Below, piece after piece: positions 10,614-20,611 of a DNA stretch of 64,000 bases. The stretch is from the NCBI GenBank assembly GCA_036172245.1, contig JAYWIR010000076.1, positions 310,001-374,000 on the forward strand, in the 5' to 3' direction. The stretch's first letter is position 1, and each line of letters starts with the position of its first letter. The notes below the pieces were generated by a model. It saw only the letters and a list, made by a program, of their open reading frames with translations, made no database searches and was not told where the DNA came from. The position numbers and the translations under genes are program-made. Source of the DNA: Raillietiella orientalis. Lineage: Eukaryota.

Positions 10614-13600
10614 TCACAGTTGCTGGTGGGGCCGTTGCATCCTTTGCAGGATGCCAACAAGCTCCTTCTGTATTCCTGGATCCAGGTGGGGCCATCGGGA
10701 CGCCCTCCTCAGGAACTGGGAGGCTGGCTGGATGGCACCCTGGTCGCGTTGTCCTCCCGTAGCCTTGCTCCAAGCGGTGACGATCTTGCGTAGGCAGCAC
10801 AAAGCTGCTAACGAGGCCGCTGGCCGAAGGGCGTCGGCAACGAAGAGGGCTTTCAGTGCGTCCCTGGGGTTGCCGCAAGGGATTCCGATGGCCGCGGCAA
10901 AGCGACACCAAAGGGGCCGAAGGGCAACACAATCCACTAGCAGGTGGGGGAGGGACTGCCGTTCCCCACACCTGACGCAATTGGGGTCCACAGATCCCCA
11001 GGTCCAGTGGTGTCGGCGGGCGTTGCAGGGGAGTCCCCAGTGCTGCAACAGGAGAGCCGACTCCTGCCATTTTAAGGGGAGGGCGGAAGTGTTCATGAGC
11101 ACCAAGGGCCACTTCAGATGTTCAATGGGAACATCGAGCAGCGCGCCCCAGCGCAGAAGTTTATTGGGAGGCGTAGTCGGGGTCGCAGCGTCTGTTAACT
11201 GGCCCGTCTTCCACTCTCCTATCTTCTTCTCCTTTCCGGAGATTGTTACTGTAACCACCCACTTCGCCGCAACATCGCTGTCCAGATCTTCCATCAGGGA
11301 GGGCAGCGCAGCAGCGAGGGGAGTTCTTCCTGCCCACGCTCTCTTCTTTGGATCCTCCAGGATCTCGCGGAGCGTGCAACTTCTGTAACCCCCAAACAGG
11401 AACCCTCGTTCCTGTTGGGAGCGTTGCATGCCGAACTGTCCCCACGTTCGAACGGTTTCCTGCAACCAGGCACTACCGTTAAACGGGCGACAGGTGAGCA
11501 ATCCTGGGTTTTTCCGATACAGCGCAGCCACCCTCCGTAGCTGGAGTCCGCATCGGTTGAAGCGGCGACGGAGTCCAAGAAACGACGTCAGTCCCGTCTT
11601 GCCGGTGGCTTCTTGGAGAATGAGACGTGCAAGGACGCACCAACAGGTGCACCACAACTCTGGAACGAGTGCCGACAAGCGGAACTGGAGCTGAAGCTCC
11701 AGCCGCTATAGCGTCAGAGGCCCAGACCACTATCCCGACGAGGAGCGCACAAGTCCTTTAAGCGGACTCGGGCCCTCCCGTTGCCCCAAAGGCCGATACG
11801 TAGGAGGTCCTTTGTCCGCTTTTTAATCCTCTCTGTGGGGGGGCAAACAAAAAGCAGGGGGCAGAGGAGAGGAGCCGCGAACGTGTTCCAAACCGCGGCC
11901 CGTTCAGGCAGGAAAAACCTGCCGCCTCGGAACGGGCCGATTGCCGTCTCTACTTTTTGAAGGCAGCCGGATCACGCTTCCGCAGGGGAGTAGTCCCCCA
12001 ACGGAACACCAAGGTACTTGAAGTACCTCACCGTGGGGATCCCCAAACGGACCCAGTCCTGCTGCCCTGCCCACGCCGCACCAGCTGAAATCACGGACGA
12101 CTTCGCCCTGTTCACCGTAAGTCCGGTTCCCCGATGCAGCAGGTCGAAGAACTCCTCGACCGCCGCAGCCGGGGTGGACATAGGGAGCAGCAGCAGAAGG
12201 TCGTCCGCGTATGCTGAAACGGCCGGCGTACCGGCACAGTCGTGCGGCAGGTGCGCCAGAGTTCCCCTGTGCGCTCTCAGTACCAACTCAAAGTAGGTAC
12301 TGAAGAGCAAGGGGCTCAGGCTGTCTCCTTGCCGGATTCCACGCCGCACCGGCACGCCGTGCACGGTCTGCCCGCTGAAAGTAACATTGATGAGCGTGTC
12401 GCGCCAGCAGGAGCGCAGATAGGCCACTAATGAAGCTGGGAAGCCCAAGCGTTCCAGAAGCTCCAGAAGGAGATTCTGGTCGACGCAATCGAATGCTTTC
12501 CGCAAGTCGATTGCGACCGCAAGGGCTCTCTCCCCCACCCGACCATCCAACCCCCTACCTGCGCACGAACCGGAATTCCGGCTGCGCACCAAACTCCTTT
12601 CATGTTGGAGCTCTAGCCAGGTGGAAGCGTGGAACAGGTTCGCCTCCATGCTTCGCCCGGGAACAGGATATGTCTGTTCCGGGCTGATGAAGATGTTGGC
12701 AACCCGTCCCAGACGCTCTGCCCACATCTTGGCTATCAACCTGGCGTCCGCATTCACTATTGTGATGGGACGCCAGTTGTTCATGCTCCTCAGATCTCCT
12801 CCCTTACGGAGGAGCCGCAACTTTGCCGAAAGAAACGAGGCGGGAACGTCACCTGTTTTGCGTATCAGCAAGGTGAGTTGCTGTACCATGGAGGTAAGCT
12901 CAGCCGCGAAAGTTTGATAAAACTCCGCGGGCAGGTTGTCCTCCCCTGGAGCCTTTCGCCTCTTGAGCTTTCCGATGGCCGATAGGATCTCGTCCATCGT
13001 GAAAGGCTCGTCGAGGGTCTTTCTCTGCTCCTCCCCGATCGCTGGAGCGCCTTCCGGAAGCAGGAGTCGTGAGACGTTCCTCTTTGGAGGTGCCCTGGCA
13101 TACACGGAGGAGTAGTAACTCCGCAGCAGGCCGCGGATTTGGACAGGTGCCGAGTGCTCCTGGCCCTGATCGTCCAGTAAGCTGGCCGATCCGGACTACC
13201 AGGCTTGCCTCTCGGCTCCCGCTTTGTATTCCGCCAGCCTGCGGATGTCGGGGGTCCTGGCGTAACGACATGCCTGCAGGTAGGCTCGTTCGTTACGGAC
13301 CCCGGTCCCAAAACCCGTAGGTAGGCGGTGCAGAGGGAACTGATCGCAGAACTCCTGCACTGACCCCTTGAAGCGGTCCCAATCCTGGAGTGTCCGCAGC
13401 CTGAAGCTCCGTATGAACGTGCGGAGATGTTTTGCCGCGTCCGGGAGCTTTAGCCAGTCCCCTGGAAGACGCCACGCTGACGAGGGGGGGCCCTTGTCGT
13501 GCGGATGGATCTCGAGGACTAGCGGGCGATGGTGGGACAGCTCGCACGGTAACTTGCCGCGCCTGCCCACGCGAGGGCACAGGTGCTCGTCAAGAAACAC

Positions 13601-14194
13601 GTGGTCAATGCTGTCTTCCATCCCCGGTGCACTGGCCAACAGATTACAGGTGTGCACCGCCATGCACACCTAGTTGACCAGGTCACGCTCGGGATTCTGC
13701 TCATCTGGTTTCAGGCGAACGTTGAAATCGCCTGCCACCAGATGGGCATTCCGCACGCCTGCTTCGGTCAGCCAGTCTCGCCGGAGGGCAAAGAAAAACT
13801 GTTTCCTCGCCCTCCTGTTCATCAGGTCCTTGCCGCTCGGTGCGTACACGTTCGTGACGATCAGATCGATCGAGTCGGACCACCTGAGAGTCAGCTGGCC
13901 GACACGACCGTGATCATCGAACCGCACGCCCCGAGCCGCGGCCTCGACGGCTGGCCGAAGCAGGTAGGCGACACCGCAACTTTTCGCTCTCCCACACCTG
14001 TACCATAGCCGCCCTCCGGAGATCCGTTCGATCTCTTACGCTTGTTCTGCAGAGATCACGTGGATCTCCTGCAGCAGCGCAAGGTCGTAGGACTCCAGAA
14101 GAGCGGCCATGTCTCGTCTCCTGCCGGCGTCTGTCATGCCGTTCACGTTCCAAACGGCGATGCGCAGACGACGGCGGGAGGAAATTCCCGGCAT
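10614..14194 (-). pseudogene. Element D ORF2 (APE-RT-C-terminal zinc motif), several nonsense codons and a frameshift
   Basis: ORF pieces 13670..13927, 13196..13669, 11972..13105 (IDLRKAFD, GIRQGDSLSPLLF, YADD, FKYLG) and 10614..11678 (CVRCGERQSLPHLLVDC). Confidence 0.92.
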
Positions 14195-14208
14195 TACTGC
14201 TGGGAAGA

Positions 14209-15828
14209 TTAAGGTGTGGGGGAGCCCTCCTCTTGCGAGGCGGGCGGGATGTCCATGGGGGTTTCGGCCTTCTCAGGCACCTGAGGCACCTGTCCGGCCC
14301 TCACCCCCTCCATCCCCTCGGTGTACGTGCGTGGGAGTCTCTCGGGCGACGGGTCCCGAGAGTTTCCCACGCTCATGGCACCCTCGCTTGCGGAAGCCAT
14401 CTCTTCCCCTTCGACGGGGGAGACGAGCTTCCTTGGCTTTGTGGAATTACGTCCAGCCTTCTTGCGCGGTGCCGTGGAAACGGAGGCTGCGCTTCCGGCC
14501 TCCACCTCGGGGTCGGAAGTGGGGGATTCCTGAGGGGAGGCCGAACGCCTGACGGCCTTCTTGCCAGCCTTGGAGGGTTCTGTCTGCAACGAGGCTGCCA
14601 GCTCCTCCGGGGCTCGCGCGAAGGCTACGTCATCGATGGTGGTGTCGATGACGGACGCCGCCGCCGGCTCGCTCCCCTCGCTGCTGACAGTGTCAACAGA
14701 GGGGAGGTCGTCGGTAGCGGTGAGTTCTTTCCGGCAGCGTTCGGCAACATCGAGAACGCGTTCGACAACGACGCTGCACTCTTTAATAATCGCGCTACCC
14801 TGCTCTTTCTTCTTCTGTTGGTAGGCGATTTTCTTTTCCATCATCCTCTCCTTCTTTGATTTTTTGGCCGTTGCCACTTGCCACTTAGTCTCCTGACCGG
14901 CTCCCTCAACTTTTTCGGCGTTGGTCGCCGAGGTCTCGGAAGCGGCCTGGGTCTTGGGCGCGGGTGGCACAGCCTTCGCGGCAGCTTTCGCCGCCAGCCT
15001 TTTCTGCAGAAGCCGGGCGCGTTTTTTAAGGTTTCTCTTGGAAACCACCCGCACTGCTGCTTTTGGGCACACCTCCCTCGTGTGGCCCATTGTGCCGCAT
15101 ACTTGGCACTGCACATTGGGACACCTCTTTTTGAGGTGGCCCGACGTATTGCAGAAACCACAGTATTTCGGCTTCCCCACATACCAAAGGTCGACGGTTT
15201 CGCCTTCGACCACCAGTTTGTGGAGAAGAGTGCAGCCCTCCCGAACGGTCACGCGCGCAGCAGTGAGGCCGTGTTGCAGCCCCGTGTAGTCCTCGAAAGG
15301 ACTTACTTTCGTCCACTGCGCGTGGACCGTTCCGAACTGTTCCAAAACGGCGCGAACCTGTTCTTTGCGCATCCGCGCGGTGACGCCTAACAGGTGGACC
15401 ACCATGCTGCGGTCCGCCGTAGTGGGGAGGAGCCTGCGCGTCCCCATCACAGCGGGGGTTTTAAGCAGTCGTTGGGCCAGCTCTGCATGTTTGCAGATGA
15501 CCTCAACGTACTGACCCCCGCTGCGGATGGTCATAGCGCTGAGCTCCTCCTCTTTCACATCAAGAGCGCGCATGCCCTTCGAGAAGGCGCGCGCGCTCTC
15601 TAAAGAATAGAAATTGCCTACCTTGTAGAACAATGAGGGGTTGTACCCCACCTCTACATAGGATAACAATTCCGCCGCGGCTGCAGGCGATGGCGCCGAC
15701 ACAACGGCGCTCCACGCCCGCGCTGCAGCGGGGACCGATTCTATGGGGGCGGATGCCCCCACCTCCATCGCCTCTGAGGGCGACGTTACCGCTGCCCCCT
15801 GGCCATCCCTGCGGGTCGCGTCAGGCAT
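14209..15828 (-). CDS. Element D ORF1, intact, 539 aa Gag-like zinc-knuckle protein
   Basis: MPDATRRD start at 15828; CGFCNTSGHLKKRC and CQVCGTMGHTREVC; open to 14209. Confidence 0.88.
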   Translation of the reverse strand: MPDATRRDGQGAAVTSPSEAMEVGASAPIESVPAAARAWSAVVSAPSPAAAAELLSYVEVGYNPSLFYKVGNFYSLESARAFSKGMRALDVKEEELSAMTIRSGGQYVEVICKHAELAQRLLKTPAVMGTRRLLPTTADRSMVVHLLGVTARMRKEQVRAVLEQFGTVHAQWTKVSPFEDYTGLQHGLTAARVTVREGCTLLHKLVVEGETVDLWYVGKPKYCGFCNTSGHLKKRCPNVQCQVCGTMGHTREVCPKAAVRVVSKRNLKKRARLLQKRLAAKAAAKAVPPAPKTQAASETSATNAEKVEGAGQETKWQVATAKKSKKERMMEKKIAYQQKKKEQGSAIIKECSVVVERVLDVAERCRKELTATDDLPSVDTVSSEGSEPAAASVIDTTIDDVAFARAPEELAASLQTEPSKAGKKAVRRSASPQESPTSDPEVEAGSAASVSTAPRKKAGRNSTKPRKLVSPVEGEEMASASEGAMSVGNSRDPSPERLPRTYTEGMEGVRAGQVPQVPEKAETPMDIPPASQEEGSPTP

Positions 15829-15924
15829 CGCTGCCTGATCGACCACCGAACCACACGACGCTTGCACTGGGGAAGACTTCCTGTCACGAGGAGCACCGAG
15901 AAAACACGTCCACCCTGGAGCGCA

Positions 15925-17785
15925 CAAGGCGTTCGACAGCGTAAACCAGGACCTCCTTCTGGAGCTTCTGGAACGCCTAGGCCTCCCGACGCACCTCATC
16001 GCCTACTTGCGCTCCTGCTGGCGCCACGCGTTATGCTGTATCTCTTTCAGCGGGCGTCACGTGTACGGTGTTCCCATACGGCGGGGTATCAGGCAGGGAG
16101 ACAGCTTAAGCCCCCTGCTCTTCAGCATCTTCTTTGAGTTGGTGCTGAGGGCGTACAGGCTGACGCTGGCAAACCTGTCGAGCTCCTGCCCGGGAACACC
16201 GGCCGTGGCTGCCTATGCTGACGACCTTCTCCTGCTGCTGCCCATGTCCACCCCGGCATCCAGGCTCGAGGACTTCTTCGAGCTCATTCGTCGGGGAGCG
16301 GGCCTGAGCGTGAACAGGACGAAATCAACCGTTGTACCGGTTGGCTTTACGTGGGAGGGGCAGTCCGACTGGATCCGCCTGGGGATCCCCACGGGCAGGT
16401 GCTTGAAGTACCTCGGCGTTCCCTTGGGCGCCTTCTGTCCAGCAAAAGCGTGGTCGGATTGCCTTCACAAGACCGAGACTGCTCTGGGCCCGTTCGAAGG
16501 CGGCAGGTTTCTCCTGTCGGAACGGGCCTTCGTGTGGAACATTTTCGTTACCCCCCTCCTCCGTCCCCTCTTTTTTGTTTGTCCACCTCCCTACTCGGCT
16601 AAGCGCCGGGCGCAACGCCTGTTGCGTATCGCCCTGTGGGGACCGGCGAGGTCCAGGATACGCCTGAAGGACTTGGCGGCTCCTCGGCGGGATGCAGGAT
16701 TGGGCATCCTGACGCTGGAGCGGATCGGACTGCTAGTGCAGTTCCTCATGCTGGCACTTTGTGCCCAGCTCTATACTACTCCCTGGTGTGCTCCAGCGCG
16801 GCTGCTGCTGCGGCGCTGCACGGATGGCGACGGACTGCGTTCGTTGCATTTGCGCACGGAGCGCGTTTTAAAAGGATCCGGCTTCCCTCTGAAGCAGCTT
16901 GCTTCGGTTCTGGAAAAGCATTGGTGGATCTCCTGCCGGCCGACGAACTTCAACGCCTGGAGGCAGGAAGCCTTATCGTCCTGGGCAGCGCAACAGGATG
17001 TGTCCCGTTTGGAACTCCGTTGCGTGAAACTTTCCCCATACTGTCCAGTGGGGGAGGTGCTGGAAGACCAGGACCAGTGGACACGCCTAGCCGCTACGCC
17101 ACTCGCCGGAGCACTGTGTGCACTGATGGTGCGAGATGACAGTGACCTGCCGGCGAGGTGGGAGATCACTTGCGAAATCGCATGCGAAACCCGACTGCTG
17201 GGCGGCTGGCGGACTTGCGAAGTGGCAGACGCTTCCACACCCCGCATTCTTGCAAAGGGGCTTCTCCGGTGGAGTGAGCTCCTCGGGGTGCCCACCGATG
17301 AACTTGTGGTCCCTTCTGCGTGTTTGGACGCGACTCTCTTCCCCCTTCGGTGGAAGCAGGACGCTTTTCTGCTGGTGCATTGGGGTTTGTACTGCAACCA
17401 GCGGGCGCACCTGATTTCCGGGGGAGTTGCGTCCCCGAACTGTGCCAAATTGGGAGCGGTGGAAACGCTTCCGCATTTGCTGTTTGAGTGCGGTGCCCTC
17501 CAGGAGCTGTGGCAGCGGCTGTCTTTAGCGCTCCTGCACCCTGGACACACCGCACTGGATTGGATGCGCCGCTTCTACACGCGTGGCGGACTTTCTCTTG
17601 GAGCGGTCGTCGCAATCATCTGCTGCGTCCGCGCCATTGTCAGGGCCCGCCACGTATTGCAGATGCGAGCAGTCCCAACATCGGTCCCCGACACCGCAGC
17701 CTGCAACCTGCAAATGGCTGCCGGCCGGCCACACCTGGGAGCAGAAGTGAGGACGGAGATCGGCGGCATTCATTGCCGGTTCTGA
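15925..17785 (+). pseudogene. Element C1 ORF2, 3' half (RT from KAFD to C-terminus), open frame
   Basis: KAFDSVNQ, GIRQGDSLSPLLF, YADD, LKYLG, ETLPHLLFEC, ending EIGGIHCRF*. Confidence 0.92.
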
Positions 17786-17960
17786 GAATAGGAACGGTTA
17801 GACAGTATACCCCTGTCCCCGCCCTCCCACCCAGTTTATTTATTTATTGTCCCACCCCCTCCCGTTCCGAACTCTCAGTGTGCCCGGACTGCGTTCCGGG
17901 AAATCTACTCCCCATTTTCTCTTCCCCTTGCCTGGGAACACAGTTCTCAGTTGATATTTT

Positions 17961-17990
17961 AATAAACGTCCCGGCGCAACCGGGTAATAA
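17961..17990 (+). terminator. Conserved 3'-terminal AATAAA + CCCGG-loop-CCGGG hairpin + short A-rich tail (also in D, C2, F, H)
   Basis: C1 AATAAACGT-CCCGG-CGCAA-CCGGG-TAATAA; F AATAAACGC-CCCGGG-CGTA-CCCGGG-TGTAA; D (minus) AATTAACGC-CCCGG-CGAAAT-CCGGG-TGAAAA. Confidence 0.8.
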
Positions 17991-17998
17991 ACGACAAC

Positions 17999-19413
17999 TG
18001 CCGCACGGACGTGTTATGTGTTGCTCCTCAAGCGTGATTCCTTTCGGTCTTTTTGTGTGTAGTGTGCCCGAATGCGTCCACTGGGATGTCCACGGAGCCC
18101 CTGCAGCAAAAGATGGATGTGGAGGCTGCTACTGGCAGTGGGGACTCTTCTCCAGATGTCCGGTCCGCCTCTGATTCTTGTGTCTCGCCACCGGCGAGAT
18201 TCGCCGCCGTCGTCAAGGCGGCGGCAGCCAACGGAGCACCGCCCGACGAAGCGGAGCTGCAGGCATATGCAGCCCATGGCTACAAGCCTGCGCTCTGCTA
18301 TCCGGTAAGTGCTGCGATCTCCTACGGGGTCGGAGAAAATCTATGGGATGAGCTTTTGCGCGTCGGGGTCCGACAGGACGACCTCCTGGCCGTCATGCCG
18401 GTTAACGCGCTCGGACACTGGGAGGTGCACTGCAAGGAGGCATCCCTAGTCCAGCGCCTTCTCCGAACCCCGCTAAATATCTGGAAGACCAGGACCAGTG
18501 GACACGCCTAGCCGCTACGCCACTCGCCGAAGCAATGTGTGCACTGATGGTGCGAGATGACAGTGACCTGCCGGCGAGGTGGGAGTTCACCTGCGAAATT
18601 GCAGGCGAAACCCGACTGCTGGGCGGCTGGCGGACTTGCGAAGTGGCAGACGCTGCCACACCTCGCATTCTTGCAAAGGGGCTTCTCCGGTGGAGTGAGC
18701 TCCTCGGGGTGCCCACCGATGAACTTGTGGTCCCTTCTGCGTGTTTGGACACGACTCTCTTCCCCCTTCGGTGGAAGCAGGACGCTTTTCTGCTGGTGCA
18801 TTGGGGTTTGTACTGCAACCAGCGGGCGCACCTGATTTCCGGGGAAGTTGCTTCCCCCTAACTGTGCCCAATGCGGAGCGTTGAAATCGCTTCCGCATTT
18901 GCTGTTTGAGTGCGGTGCCTTCCAGGATCTGTGGCGGCGGATGTCTTCAGCGCTCCTGCACCCCGGACACACCGCACTCGATTGGATGCGCCGCTTCTAC
19001 ACGCGTGGCGGTCTTTCTCTTGGAGCGGTCGTCGCAATCATCTGCTGCGTCCGCGCCATTGTCAGGGCCCGCCACGTATTGCAGATGCGAGCAGTCCCAA
19101 CATCGGTCCCCGACACCGCAGCCTGCAACCTGCAAATGGCGGCCGGCCGGCCACACTTGGGAGCAGAAGTGAGGACGGAGATCGGCGGCATTCACCGCCG
19201 TTTCTGAGAACAGGAACGGTTAGACTGTATACCCCTATCCCCGCCCTCCCACCCAATTCATTTATTTATTGTCCCACCCCCTCCCGTTCCGAACTCTCAG
19301 TGTGCCCGGCCTGCGTTCCGGGAAATCTACTCCCCATTTTCTCTTCCCCTTGCCTGGGAACACAGTTTCCAGTTGATATTATGAACAAACGTCCCAACGC
19401 AACCGGGTAATAA
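17999..19413 (+). mobile_element. Element C2, internally deleted 1.4-kb copy of family C, tandem to C1
   Basis: 17999-18480 matches C1 6650-~7134; 18481-19413 matches C1 ~17060-17990. Both termini and TSDs are kept. Confidence 0.93.
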
Positions 19414-20611
19414 ACGACAACGCTGCATTCCTTAATTTGCTCGCTTGCCTGCTGTTTTTTCTGGCGGTACGCGAGCTTTTTCTCTAATCTTCTTTCTTTT
19501 TTTGTTTTTTTGGCTGTTGCCACCTACCACCCAGGCTCTTGGCTAGTTCTCTCGACTTGTTCGGCGTTGTTCGCCTGGGTCTCGGGTGAGGCCTCAGCTT
19601 TAAGCGCGGGTGGCACAGACTTCGCGGCAGCTTTCGCCGCCAGCCTTTTCTGCAGAAGCCGGGCGCGTTTTTTAAGGTTTCTCTTGGGAACCACCCGCAC
19701 TGCTGCTTTAGGGCACACCTCCCTCGTGTGTCCCATTGTGCCGCATACTTGGCACTGCACATTGGGACACCTCTTTTTGAGGTGGCCCGACGTATTGCAG
19801 AAGCCACAGTATTTCGGCTTCCCCACATACCAGAGATCGACGGTTTCGCCTTCGACCACCAGTTTCTGGGAAAGAGTGCAGCCCTCCAGAACGGTCACGC
19901 GCGCAGCCGTGAGGCCGTGCTGCAGCCCTGTGTAGTCCTTGAAAGGACTAACTTTCGTCCACTGCGCGTGGACTGTTCCGAACTGTTCCAGAGCGGAGCG
20001 AACCTGTTCTTTGCGCATTCGCGCGGTTACGCCTAACAGGTGGACCACCATGCTGCGGTCCGCCGTAGTGGGGAGAAGCCTGCGCGTCCCCATCACAACG
20101 GGGGTTTTAAGCAGTCGTTGGGCCAGCTCTGCATGTTTGCAGATGACCTCAACGTACTGACCCCCGCTGCGGATGGTCATAGCGCTGAGCTCCTCCTCTT
20201 TCACATCAAGAGCGCGCATGCCCTTCGAAAAGGCGCGCGAGCTCACTAAAGAATACAGATTGCCTACCTTGTAGAACAATGAGGGGTTGTACCCCTCCTC
20301 TACATAGGCCGACAACTCCGCCACGGCTGCAGGCGATGGCGCCGACACAACGGCGCTCCACGCCCGCGCTGCACCGGGGACCGATTCTGAGGGGGCGGAT
20401 GCCTCCACCTCCATCGCCTCTGGGGGCGACGTTGCCGCCCCCCCTGGCTCTCCATCGCCTCTGGGGGCGCCGTTGCCCCTGCCCCCTGACCATCCCTGGT
20501 GGTCGCGTCAGGCATCGCTGCCTGATCGACCACCCAACCACATGACGCAAGCACTGGGAGAGACTTCCTGGCACAAGGAGCACCGAGAAAACACGTCCGC
20601 CCTGGAGCAGG
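19414..20611 (-). mobile_element. Element E (D family), 5' end and ORF1 N-terminal part
   Basis: Roughly 95% identical by eye to D over the knuckle region. ATG at 20515; short tandem duplication ~20409-20485; GGACGTGTT at 20590-20598 (minus). Confidence 0.93.

Larger units (their letters stand above)
10395..15924 (-). mobile_element. L1/Tx1-clade element D, full length, 5.5 kb
   Basis: 5' GGACGTGTT (15903-15911 minus), intact ORF1, ORF2 APE-RT-Zn knuckle, 3' UTR, hairpin 10401-10416, short A tail, 12-bp TSD. Confidence 0.95.
6650..17990 (+). mobile_element. L1/Tx1-clade element C1, full length (~5.8 kb own sequence), interrupted by D at 10395-15924
   Basis: 5' GGACGTGTT (6658-6666), ORF1, ORF2 split at KAFD, 3' UTR with AATAAA + hairpin; flanked by the 8-bp TSD. 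Confidence 0.93.

Noticed and set aside
15829..15999. N-terminal extension of the 596-aa ORF
   Set aside because: It crosses D's 5' junction into antisense C1 RT; the likely start is 15828.
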